DNA of 60,769 nucleotides, the filler included, from Basidioascus undulatus (Eukaryota): the NCBI GenBank assembly GCA_000826855.1. It is 7 parts of 7 records of this genome, joined end to end, with 100 filler letters (N's around TTAATTAATTAA, not from the genome) between each part and the next. Parts side by side here need not be neighbours in the genome. Positions count along the whole stretch, not along the records: positions 10,367 to 15,448 come from JTLS01002009.1; positions 15,549 to 45,240 come from JTLS01000201.1; 5 more parts are not named here. One strand, written 5' to 3'. A model generated the notes under the pieces. That model worked only from the letters and a program-made list of their open reading frames with translations. It had not been told where the DNA came from and did not search any database. The position numbers and the translations under genes are program-made. Below, in pieces: positions 10,367 through 22,176 of the stretch (positions are counted from its first letter, which is position 1; each line of letters starts with the position of its first letter).

Positions 10367-12110
10367 CCCCCCACTCGCAGCTCTCCCAGATTCGTCCGCT
10401 CCCTCAGATCAGCGTCCACGACCGCCTTGAAGCCCTCGCTCGTAACAGCCTGAACCCTCAAGGGTACACCTTTCCCCCCGCGATCTCAGCGCATGCGTGA
10501 GGAGGGAGGGGATCGGGGGACGGACCATTGACCAACACCTCCCCCCCCTCTCTGAAGTCTCCCCGGCTGTTTGCAGCGCCGTCAGGCGTGGAGGGCAACA
10601 TCAGCTTGCGAATGTGGGCGGAAACAGGCTATTAGCCCAGCTGAGAGTGGCGCACCGCGATCATCTGAAGATCTTCAATGCTCACAGTGGCGAGGAAACT
10701 CTCTTTGCATTTCCCCTCGAACGTGGCAAAGAACAGCCATCCCGCCGAGCGTCGATGTATCGGCTTACCGTCCCCGTCGGCGTCTTGCGGGTTGAACACG
10801 CGCGGATCGTCCGAGTGTCGACTCCCGAGCGCGCAGAGGAGAAGGACCAGAGACCCGAACTTGCGGTCGCTGCGCCGCTTGGCGAGCTCGAACGTGGGGC
10901 GGTGCAGGAACGGGAAGTGACTGTTGATGCGCTCGAAGTAGAGGTCCAGAAGGTGTTGAAGGAGGTCCTCGGGCGGCAGGTCGAATGCGGTGTACGAAGC
11001 CGTCCTGTCGACGAGCCCCACGTCGCTCATCGCGTCCCAGTCGTGGTCATCCCAGAACTCAGGGCGACGCCTCCCCAGCAGCGACTCGGAGAGGCTCGAG
11101 TTACCCGTTCCGAGGAGGGCGGATCGATAGTCGTTGACCATAGCGACTTTAGATGCATCGTCAGAAAACTTATGAAAGTCGTCGGGGAACAACAGAAAAT
11201 GTACGTAGGTGTAGATCCGAGCTCTTGCCCATAAAACGGGATGTCACTGCTCTTGCTATTGGAAAGGAAAATGTGGCTGAGCGCATGAGCGACGTCGTCG
11301 TCGTCCTCGTTAGTCAGTCCGACGCTCGCCCCCGTCGACGCTGCGCTATCATTCTTTGTCCATCTAGACGTATCCATGGGACCGCCCGACTCGAAGGTGT
11401 CACGGCGGACAGACAGACCGATCTCCTGCGTAAATTCGCGGTCGGGATGGAGCTAGGGTGGGTGTAGGGCATCAACCGCGGGAGAGGGGAAGGACGGGCA
11501 ACAACAACAAACCGCCTCAAGAAGCGCTTCCATACGCGCCACACGGTTGTCCAGACTTTCGATGAAACCCTTAGGCGGTTAGCGCCACTTAGCGGCCTCG
11601 ACGTCTGGGAAACGGAATGCCTATTAGATGCATGCTCGGATACGAAGCATCAATGGTGTGCGACTGACTGGACGCACAGCTGCAGTCGATGTTGGCCAGA
11701 GCGCAGTTACCGCATCGGTGACCGAGTGGTTTGCTAGGACCGTCGCACCTGTATGGATTACCGGTATATGTGAGCATCGAACCTGTATGGATTACCGGTA
11801 TATGTGAGCATCTTCTATTTCGACCACCAGCGGTCTGGCAATGGGCACAAAACAAGAGCGTACTTGATCTTCCTTCGCCTGGTAGTGAGCCATTCTTTGC
11901 CCGACTCAGCCTCCGTGTACCCGGTCCACCGCCCTCCCAGCAGTCGTAGCTTACTTACCTGCAGACATCACACTGATAAGGGTTCATGGTGAGGGTTGTC
12001 AGATGCACGAAAAGATCTACTAGGCACAGCAAACTGACCGCCCGAATGACCTCCCGCCGCCTGTTGCTACCATCTGCCACGCCGTCGTAGCCTTCCTCGT
12101 CGTTGGACAA
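10367..12110 (-). CDS. Zn(II)2Cys6 transcription factor with fungal-specific TF domain; possibly pseudogenised; 3'-truncated
   Basis: Spliced RRREVIRA|CDVCR|RRKIK|CDGPSKPLGHRCGNCALANIDCS; LPPEDLLQHLLDLYFERINSHFPFLHRPTFE..LVLLLCALGSRHSDDPRV. No ATG is seen in exon 1 and there is an apparent frameshift before RFMGKSS. Confidence 0.8.
11747..11812. repeat. 34-bp-period tandem duplication of an intron branch site and 3' splice site
   Basis: ACCTGTATGGATTACCGGTATATGTGAGCATC occurs at 11747 and 11781. Confidence 0.9.
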
Positions 12111-12556
12111 ATTGCAGTTGGGGAAATTTGAAGACCGTCTGGGCGGTAAAGGTGGTCACGAAGTGTACAAGAGTGGTCGCGAGAAGACATTTTCCTCACC
12201 AGCGCGTCACACCCGGCCCCGGCCTCGGGCCCCGAGCAGCCTGACAGGACGGCGGCGCGTCAAGCGCGACACCGTTGTGTACTTTGGAAGCCTTGGGAAG
12301 ACTTGAAGTAGGCCAGCTTTGTTGTCGGAAACGCCCGAGAAATACATGCGTTCAGGGTATGGAGTCGAAAAAATCCTCGAGCTGCTCGGCTCAACGGCAG
12401 TGGCAGGCTGCTCCAGAGCTGGCCGTCACACGCCAGCGTCAAAAGTCCTCAGGTTTTTGGTGGGAGGCGATGACCGAAACAAACTCCAATATATGAAGTC
12501 GATGAGCCATCTCATGCTTTAAATGAGCTTCGCCGTCGTGAGGAACCCTTCGCCTG

Positions 12557-12850
12557 CTATGGAATACGACGATGAGCAGCGCAGATCATGGCCGCATGAC
12601 TGCGTGCCGCGGGTTTGCTGCTCAATTTCCCTCTTGACTGCGCTTCCTCGAGGAGGCACGTGTCTATGCGCACATCCTCGACAAGCAGCCTATGGGAAGC
12701 CGCGTGCGTCTTGCTGTGGAGGGTAGCGTACAGCCGCCGCGGCGCGAATGCGTTCCAGGACCTTTTGTTGATGCGCGAGGACACCGCGAGGGTTGGGGCG
12801 TCGAGGTAGGACACGAGGTGGTCGAGGAGCTTGGGGGCCGTCGGAGCATC
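12557..12850 (-). pseudogene. Degenerate F-box-like gene fragment
   Basis: PKLLDHLVSYLDAPTLAVSSRINKRSWNAFAPRRLYATL fits the basidiomycete F-box-like pattern; no full gene evident. Confidence 0.5.
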
Positions 12851-15287
12851 GCGGAAGTGAAGGGGATGGGATGGGCACCGGTGCGCCTTGCTCGAAGCTC
12901 AAGCGAAACGGGGAGTTTCGCGGAGAAGAACGAAGCGGCACCGAAGAGTGACTTAGTTAATGAGAATCAGCCTGGAGGTTCTCTGGACTTTAATTGCGTC
13001 GCACCTCTTAAGATTCAAAATGCAGAAGATAAACAGGCTGAAATGGACGCGTTAAGGTGGAGGAGTGTTGCGGATCGTGAAGGGCACTATGAAGCTAGCC
13101 TGTTTGTTTGAGCGGCTGTAGTTGGTAGGAAACGAACTGCCCTTCCGAACGCAAATTACAGGTAACATCCCTTTCGAGCATGTCCACATCGTGACCACAA
13201 CAAGCCTTAGAGCGTGGTTGCTTTGAAGTTGGATGCGGCGGCTGTGGCGAACTGGCATTGACAATACTAGTCCAGCTGTACTTTGATTTTGGAAGGGATT
13301 ATTTTTACGTTGTTTTACCGCCCTGATAGTCTTAGGAAGTGAAATCACATTATTGCAGACCCTGGATGACTGGCTGGCGACAGCGTGGCGGGTTCTGACA
13401 AGCGGCTTGCTTCACCGAGCGGGATCAAAGGCCATTGTGAGCTGCCCAACGCTCTAGGACAATAGTTCAATTATAGATCATGATGTTACACAGACGTTAT
13501 GATAAAGATAGTGAGGGAGGCACTCGAAAAGGCGTCAAGCGGAAAAGCTTGCGGGGTGCGAGCGGAGAAGCAGGACGAAAGGCAAGAAGACAAGCAAGGA
13601 CGGAGTCATTCGAGTGAAGCACTGTAGACGTCTCAGAGCGAGGCTGTCAAGGGGATCCACATCAGAGAAAATACGTGAACAGGGGACACTGCGGGAACTG
13701 AAGCGCTTGAACGAAGGACGGACCCACGCGGCGGGGGAGGCAAGTTCCGATGCGGGGGTGGGTCCGCAGAGGGTGTAGTAGTAGTGCATGAGCTGGGTAA
13801 AACGGTCGAGGAGGAGATTTGTGTGCGGCAATGGGGTCCTGAGGTGCGGGGGGTGCGGGAGAAGCTTGAAGGGGGTTGTACTGAGGAGGTGGGAGAGGGA
13901 GTCGCTGAGCTGCTCGAACTGCGTTTCTGTGGTTAGGCTGCTGTTCAGGGAAGGCGAGAAACTGTAGAAAAGGCCATTAGGGGGCACGTACGCGGGAGTG
14001 CAGGCAAGTCCCATGCAGCCTGGCGAAGTTGGCTGTGGGCCAAAGGAGAGGACACCGTAAGCAAAAGAAACACACGACCGAGCGCTCATCGAAGGGCGAC
14101 CCTCACAGATCAGCATCAACAAATTGTCCTTCAGAAAGACCGCAGCATGCACCTCATCCAACATCTCCGACACTTCGCCCTTGCGGCTTAACTCCAGCCT
14201 TTCCCAAACGCCACCTCCTCCTGCCGTCCAGCCCACTCCACGTATTCCCCCGTGTCGCGCACGACGTCCCTTGGCAGGCCGTCGAACTCCTCGTCCACCT
14301 CGACCACGAACCGCGCGTTCGGCGGGATGCATTATTGTTGAGGTAGAAGTTGGGACAAGATGTAGAAGTGGGTGTTTAAAGTGTAAGGAAGGAAGGAGAG
14401 GCGAAGGTAGTGAGCGATGCTGTGGGACGTGAGAGGTCGGATACAATTAAGCGCTGGTCGGCGGAATGGGACGGCAGTTTCGATTGCGCAACACCACCCG
14501 GAGCTCCTCTACGTCGCAGCGGGGTTCATGGGTAGTTGATGCCGAATACAGAGTCAAGGCTTTGTAGAAAGGGTCCGAACGATCAAGTGCAGACACCAAG
14601 GGAAGCATTCGCGGACCTCGAGCTCCTCTCGGGATGGAGCTTCGGTACAGGTCCAAACTGGTGCAGTGGATCCTGGCAGATTGCAGGCTTTCATCGTTGT
14701 ATAACTTTCTGAATGATGTGAAGCTCACTGATCTTGAACTTCCTGCAAACAACCGAGAAAGCTATTGTTCGATAAAAAAGCAAAGAAAAGGGGGACCCAC
14801 GGCGATTCGCTGTTTGGTACGTTGGGTGCGTGAGGTCAAGATTGGAAGGCATATGATATGGTGTTGTATGGTCCTAGGCTGTCCTTTTACCAGTGGACGA
14901 TGGACGAAGTACAAGCGAAGAGAAAAAGCAGTTGAAACAGCGAACAAGCAGACTGCGTCTCAGGAACGACGATGCGGTACACCGTGCCTGCTCCTTCATT
15001 CCCCCGCGTCGACCCGTCCTTCCCCTTCCCCTCTCGCACTCATCCCAGCTCACAGCACAATGATTCCCTTCCGAGATTCCATTCCTCCTCTCCGCTCATT
15101 CCCCCCTTCCCTATCCAATCTGGAGCAGCACACAGCCTCGACGCGTCCGCCTCTGACGCCCTATAAATAAATTACGCAACGCGACTGCGACTGCGCATCC
15201 GCAGCGGGCGGCGCCGTTTCTCCTCGACAGGCACTTTCTCCTCCTCCTTGCCCTCTTTCCTTCATCCTCCTTATCCCAGCATAATCA

Positions 15288-15448
15288 TGAGCTTACCAAC
15301 GACCTCCTCGAGCCCCCCACCCCCGCTGTACTCGCCCCCCGCGCACGACACGTCCTTCCTGGGGACGATCAAGCACCGCGCGCTCCCGCTCTCCCTCCCC
15401 CCCGCGCCCGCGTCGCGCGGGCGCGCGAGCCGCCGCGCGCTGATGGGG
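15288..15448 (+). CDS. 5' fragment of an unidentified gene cut by contig end
   Basis: ATG after a CT-rich leader, TATAAA near 15162, GC3-rich codons MSLPTTSSSPPPPLYSPP. Confidence 0.4.
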
Positions 15449-15548
15449 NNNNNNNNNNNNNNNNNNNNNNNNNNNNNNNNNNNNNNNNNNNNTTAATTAA
15501 TTAANNNNNNNNNNNNNNNNNNNNNNNNNNNNNNNNNNNNNNNNNNNN
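15449..15548. other. Artificial contig linker
   Basis: N44-TTAATTAATTAA-N44. Confidence 0.98.
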
Positions 15549-18500
15549 TTTTTTTATAAAAAAATAAAAAAAAAGAAAAAAAAGTCAGGCCAAGGGGCAG
15601 GGAAGAAGAAGCGAGTAGGTCGGATTGAACGTGGTAGACGGAGCATCTATCCAGAATGAAGGGCGCCAGGCTAGGGCATTAGAAGAGTGCGAGGGCGGAC
15701 GGGAAGCAGGCCGTCCGGATCGTCCTGTCCCGCCAGCCGTCGTCCACCAACCCACGTCCCAGAGAATCCGGGTCGTCCCGAGCGCGCTAACAAGTGCAGG
15801 TACTCCAAGCAATCGGTCCTCATGACCCACGTACAACGGCGAGCAGTGGAGGGCCCAATCAAGGGGAGAAGAATACGGTATGGGCGTATGACCATGGTGC
15901 GTCGGACCGGGCGGCAGCGGTTGGGCCGGTTGAGGCTCAGCTAGGGAGAGGGTCAGTTGACATCATGATGCGATTGCACTGCGCCCTATCGGGGCCAAAT
16001 GCGCTCTAGGCGTTTACGCCTTCACATACGGACTATGACTCTGGATGGGGCATTGCCAGAACGCTCGCTGGAGCCCATCAGTTGACATGGACAATCAGAG
16101 GAGGGCGAAGGTCAAGAAAAATGGGGTAAATGTCGAATTGTTCGACGCTTAAGTCAATCCGAACTTCTGCAACTTGTATGAAATGCGTCTAATTGGACAT
16201 ACCAAGACCTGTCGGCGTTACCGTCTTCTCGACTTGCCCGTTGCCCTGCGTCTTCTCTCTCAGCGCTCACCCTCCTCCAACGCACGACACGACCCCGCCC
16301 AAGGTGAGCTTTCGTTTCACTTCCCAGAGCGCGACGCGCACGCTCCGAATCCAAAAGATGCTACTCAATGGTAATTTGCGTCTGATCCGTCCGCGCGGCC
16401 TGCACCAAACCCCGCAACCGCCTTCGTGGGGCTGGGCCGCGCGGGCTTGATGCCAACCTCTTTGTGACTGATACTCCACGATTCGACCACTTTGCGCGTG
16501 ATGGACACTGTTTGGAGTACGGTCGCTGACGGATTTGCGCGTGGGATGACAGGTGCGGGCGCTGGTCTGCATAGGCGTACGAGGGTGGACGTTGGGGGCG
16601 GATAATTTTCTTGGGTCCTACATCAATCTTGCTCTTCCACTGCGTTGGGCGACCGCCCGTGTGTCGTGTGCCATCCCCCGACTTTCAACCCTCCGCCGTC
16701 CGCTGCAGGCGTGGTCGGGCTCCCCTCCCTTGCAAACCGATAAAGAACATTCACGCCGGGCTACTGTCTTCTTTACCTGCTGACTTTCAATAGACCTGTC
16801 TCCTTGTTCCAATTGATCGTTCGCGTTCGCGTTTCAGTTCTCATTCTCATCCTCGTTTCCGTTCATGCATCCAACTATGGCCCTCTCGTCGTCCACATTC
16901 CCGCTCGCCCCTTGGAGCCTATTTTGCCTTTCCATCAAAGTGCTGACGCTTCGGAAGCCGCCGAGTTGTGCCTTTGAACCCAAATACCCAATTCTATCTG
17001 TTTGTTCGCGGTTGTAAGCGCTCCCTTTGGCTCCCTACTCTCCTCGAGCTCGCCTTCCTGCAGTCTTCGTCGAACCTCTGCAAACACGATCGCACAAAGC
17101 ATATCACTCTCTGAAAGCCAGAGGCATTCGTCGATCTTGAACTGTAACGATCAGCAAGATAAATTGTTCATTATTTCGCTGGCGAACGGGCGTCTGACAG
17201 TCTGTCAGTAGCGCTTTTCGGCGCATGTGGCTCCTCCGTCCTTTCCGGGCCAGGCTGCCCTGGCAACCAGAAACAACTCCGAGGTCGCTATTTAACAGTT
17301 TACCTAACTCCAAGTAGCTTACAGAAGTGATAGCGATGCAGACCTCCTCGCCTTCCTTTCTGTTCCCATCCAGCTGACATCTAAATGGCAATACACTCAC
17401 ATCGTTCGTATGCATATTTCCTGCGGCCATGAACGCCATGTGCTTGCATCCCTCTCTTGCGGCACGGCGACGTATCCGCTCGCGTAGTCCTTGTTGGCTT
17501 GTGCTGCGCACAGACCCTGCGCTCGTGCTCCACAGCGACCCTTGACATGAGCCGTTGACTCATAAAGCAAGGCGGAGTTAGGAGTTCTCTGAGCAAGATT
17601 CTACCACCTTGTAAGTTCTGGAAGTCCGCCGGAAGCTACCTTCTGTTTAGCAGACAGTCAGCATTGACCACGGCGGGTCGACTGTCTTTCGTGCCCAGTC
17701 CACAGGACGTTGAACGTGCAGGGTGCCTGATGCTGAGACAGAGGTCCTAAAAGCTCTCCTAAGATTAAAGTGCTGCGGTAGGATTTGTTCCGCGAATGTA
17801 CGACCAGGCTCGTGGTCGCGTGAAGGCCATGGAAGCGACGTCGCTATGCAGACTGTGCAGGGGGTGTGGTGAGAGAAGAAGAAGCGCAAGAGCTCAGGAG
17901 CACTGTCGTGAGTGTGTGTGAGCGATGAGGAAGACTACTGAGCAGCCTGGGGTCACGGTGCGAATGTGCCTGCGGGTGAAATTTAGGCCAGGGGTGTGAG
18001 GCTGTAACAAGTTCCATTAAGGGAGGGTTAGTTGCAAAGTCTGAAAAGCACCAGAAATTGACGAAAGTTTGGACTAGAAAGAAGCGAGGTATAGAGAGAG
18101 GCAGAGAGGGAGTTCGGAAGAAGGATGAAGTGTGCGAAGGCTGCACCGCGATGGGAAACTGAGCTGACGCGCAGTTCAGATGGGAAGTCACAAAAAGGGC
18201 ACGGAAGACTCAGCCATGTGCACTCGAAGAACTCGGGCGGTACGGAACCGGGCAGTGTTGACGGCCGCGCTCAGCGGAGAGGGACCTAGGAAAAGGGACC
18301 TGGGGAGAGCCGGTGGCGGTGAATCAAGACAAGACCGGGAGAAGGAAAAGAACAGGGCGGGAAGTGCCGTAAAGTCGAATTGAGAACGGGAGTCAAGTGT
18401 ACAGAGGCACCGAGATACAAAGAGTGAACTGGTGGCCGGAGGCACCGGTACGAAGGGGGAATTTGAGGAAGTGCGCACCCGAACCAGAAAAAAAAAGGAT

Positions 18501-19646
18501 AGTGTCTAGAAACACCGAAAGAAAAGGTCACAAGTGCGCACCACCAAGGAAGGAAGAGGCAAATGCGCGGAGGCAAGCCGATGAAAAGAAGAGCGGCAGT
18601 GCACAGAGGCACCCGATAGATATGTCTTGTATAGATTGAGGGGATACAGGAGGAGCTAATTGAGCGGCTTGAGGGTTGGAGAGAGAGGTTGTGGAGAGAG
18701 GAAGAGAATCGAGAGAGCGAGTGGGGAAAAGAGGTGGCGAGTGCGGGAGAGGATGAAGGGGAGGATTGGCACGCACTACGCTGGAGGTATCCCGTGGGCG
18801 CGTTCAGACGCGTGTCCGTTTGGTTTTTAGAATTTACCATAAAACAACGATACATACTGAGAGATGACACATAGCGGGCCGTTGAGTTAGCAGCGGTTTG
18901 GGCCGGTGTCGTGTCTGAGCTTAGACTCTCGGGCATCGCATTGCTTGCTGTGTCTGTCTGTCTGTCTGCTGCCACGGTTGCTTTTCCACACCGCGATGCA
19001 AAACAACACCAACAAATCCCTGATATGGTCATGCCCAGTCGGTTGAGGTTTCAAAGTTTCATATAAGCTACAAAGTAACCCTGAAGGATGTTGTTAGTCC
19101 CTGGTCAAAAGAGGGCCCCGCGTGCCTGTTGCAGCTCAGCAGCTATCTCAGTGGAGTGGGTGTCCGGACATCACCGAAGTTTTTTTCCAGGAGTCGCTAA
19201 AGTAATTGGCTTCGGTCAAATGTCTTCCTCGCTGAGCAGGTGGCCTGGGCGACCATGACGGAAGTTCAATGCAGCAGCGTTGGAAGGACTTGAAAATTCT
19301 TGAATGGGCCAGCGTCCATGCTCGCTGAGCACCGTATCTGGTAGAACCTGTTGTCACTTTGAATTTTTATGTATCGTTTCCCTGGCCTTGAGCTCCGAGT
19401 CTCGAAGCCTTGGGGAGTCAATGTTTTACGTTGACTGCAGGAGCTTGGAGAAGCTCTGCACTGGACAGCTGTCTGCAAAAGCATCACTCATACAGGTCAC
19501 ATGAATAACACACTTTTGCATAAACTGAATAAAGATAAACTTCAATCACTTACAGCAAGTATATCAGCATGCGGAGCTGGGCGACGCAAATGCACCTCTC
19601 AACGAATTGGGTTTGCAAAAGGTTATTCTTTATAACGACATGTATC

Positions 19647-19720
19647 GGCCGCTTAACTCAGTTGGTTAGAGTGTGGAGCTAATAACTCCAAAGTCGCAGG
19701 TTCGACCCCTGCAGTGGCCA
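19647..19720 (+). tRNA. tRNA-Ile(AAT)
   Basis: GGCCGCT/AGTGGCC acceptor, anticodon arm TGGAG-CTAATAA-CTCCA, T arm GCAGG-TTCGACC-CCTGC. Confidence 0.95.
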
Positions 19721-20126
19721 CTCTCTCTTATTTTGCTGGCCGGTGTGGATAAGCAGATGAGACCGTTGCAAAACGCCTGGGACCCACATCTCCTTTCATT
19801 TTGAGGGCCTACTTTCAATTCTTCGCATACAATTCTCAGTCGTTCGAGACGTGGAAAGGCGTTCAGCTCAGAAGACATTGAACTTATTCAGGATAGAAGA
19901 TAGATGATATGCATTCCCCCACCTCGGGGACATGTTCAGGGAACAGGCATAAACTTTGGGCACCAATCTCAGCGGATTCAAAGTATGGCTGGGGGCCGCG
20001 GAGAGAGCCGATACTTGGTCACTTCAAAACCTATGCACGCTTTCCTTTCCCACCAACTGTCACCTGCACAACTTCCTCGTCTCTCATCATTGGCTCACAT
20101 CTGAAGCTCCACAAACCAGCTCGAAC

Positions 20127-20913
20127 ATGCCGCACGCTGCCGTGCCATTCGATGTTATCGCGCACATCATCCGTCTTCTTGCCGAATCTTTGCACCCACT
20201 CGCCTATGGCCACTCAAGCGACAATCTCGATGCTCTCCTGGCCCTTACTCTCGTTTCGCGCGACGTTCGGGATGCTACCCTGCCCACCTGTACGGCACCC
20301 AGCGCATCAAGTCGCTACCTTGGCTCTTTTCTCTCGCCTCTTCGACCCACCTCGGCCGCGTGGCTTCGCTCACGTTCTGCCATATGTAGGGTCTCGAAGA
20401 CTACCCAGGTATCTTGACGACATCCGAAAAGAGGAAAGCGATGGTGGACGGTCTTATCGGGGTTGTTCAAAGAGCACATTCAATGAGTCTGCTGAGTGCC
20501 ACGTCCTCCTCCACATGCGCAAGCCTTCAGCGGCTGTGCATCGCGGAAGTCGAGCTCACATCATACGACACTGGCATTTTGTGTGCTTTCACTTCGCTCA
20601 CGCATTTGGTTCCGCCGTTCATCTCGAACATCGACTTGGCCGATTTCTTATCGATCCTCCAGGCGCTTCGCGTTTTACGGCGTGTCGTCTTTGTCGCAAT
20701 CAGAAAGGAGCCCGAAGAACTTGGGGACGAGCCGCGTTCACTTTATCATGCCACGAGCGCGCACAAAGTCGCAATATCGGTTCGCATGATTTCCCTTCAC
20801 CAAAGGAACCCTGCTCGGAGCCCTACAACTGGCTACGGGAGCATTTGGTTGATGGTACATTGTGGGAATTGGAGCTCATGGGCTTGGAGGAAGCGAGCAT
20901 GTCGTTGCGATAG
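20127..20913 (+). pseudogene. F-box-like protein pseudogene
   Basis: MPHAAVPFDVIAHIIRLL..LLALTLVSRDVRDATLP then frameshift to LYG; leucine-rich downstream segments (LQRLCIAEVEL..FTSLTHL) are split across frames. Confidence 0.55.
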
Positions 20914-21268
20914 CGGTGGACGGTTGCCGATGTAACAAATAGGGGCAATCCGGCAATGCTTGCCCTTCCTGACCATAGGTCGCTTTGTTGCTCATTTTTA
21001 AAACTATGCCCTCAAAATAACCTGAAAAACAAGCAGCACACGTATGTGTTATGCTCCTTGACATAAGTGTTCAAGGTGTGCCATTACGGGACCAACGCCT
21101 CGAGGCCGCGCTCAAAGCCTGAATAGGCTTTCACTCATTGAACATAAGCTCGTGACATGCGTAAAGCAGGTAACATTCGTATGGAAAGCTTTCAGACATG
21201 TTCGACCAATTGCGAAATCATTAAACTGTTACACATCGGCAGACCATCATCACACCCATCTGCTCCTC

Positions 21269-22176
21269 TCACTGCTCGCCGTCCTGTGCGGCCAGTCTGT
21301 CTGCTCGCTCCTGAATGTACTTCACCTCTTCAGAGAACCCATTCCTCATGAGCTCCTCCAGCTCCTCTCTGATGCCTCCACATAATGTTCCTTCACAATG
21401 TTGGCAAGCCTCGTACTGCTCCCTAAGGACAGCGTTGACTATGGCCTCATCGTCTCCGCGCCGACAAATGACACCTTGGAGGGCTGGCAGATTGCCTTGG
21501 GTGGTTGGAAGGTCATTGCGGGTGGTGTTACCTGCCCCAGGTGACCGGCTCGGCATGGTCGCCAAGAGAATGCTCTGGAGGGGGTTGTGTGCCTAGAGTG
21601 AGCTTGCTTTCACAGAGCTGGGCCATGCTCGACATGAACTCGACTAGCTGTAAAATGGCCGGGTCTCCGAGGAGCTCAACATCCGTCCTGGCCAGCGTCT
21701 TCAAGCCCTTCACCGCGACCGAGAAACGTACGCCCGCTCGAGCGCGTCGTACATGGTCGCAAGGCGCACAATGTCGAGTGCTTCGCATTTAGGGCGGACT
21801 GCTGGGTTAGACTACTTTCCAGAAACTATAGCGTTTAAGGTCAAAGCAGGAGATCAGTCTTTCTAAAGCGCAAACTCACCTTCCAAAGAGGGAACAGAGC
21901 AACGCCTCGAATGCCTCGGCAGTCTCCCCTTCCACCATGATTGGACGCTCGTCCGAACCGCCTTCTCCTTCCTTTCCTTTGGCTGAGCATGTCTTTGAAA
22001 AATCTCGATGCCTGGACCAGGGAATGCTTGGGTACCCGAAACAGCGTCTTCTCGACCTTCATCATTACCAGTCAGCTGCTGCAAGAAGGAAAGACGATAG
22101 CGCGACACGTACTGTGAAGACTATGTGCCCAGTCCCGTCCGGAAAATAGAAGGTCGAACCTCTGAACCTCAGCCAT
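21269..22176 (-). pseudogene. BTB/POZ-domain protein pseudogene
   Basis: STFYFPDGTGHIVFT|VEKTLFRVPKHSLVQASRFFKDML..EGGSDERPIMVEGETAEAFEALL; at least two frameshifts (after MAEVQR and after MLSQ). Confidence 0.7.

Noticed and set aside
14050..14335. Coding-like fragment IPPNARFVVEVDEEFDGLPRDVV on the minus strand
   Set aside because: Looks like a frameshifted gene relic, but I cannot assign a family.
15549..19050. Gene-poor 3.5 kb with scattered splice-like signals and short ORFs
   Set aside because: No coherent ORF, domain or repeat structure could be supported by eye.
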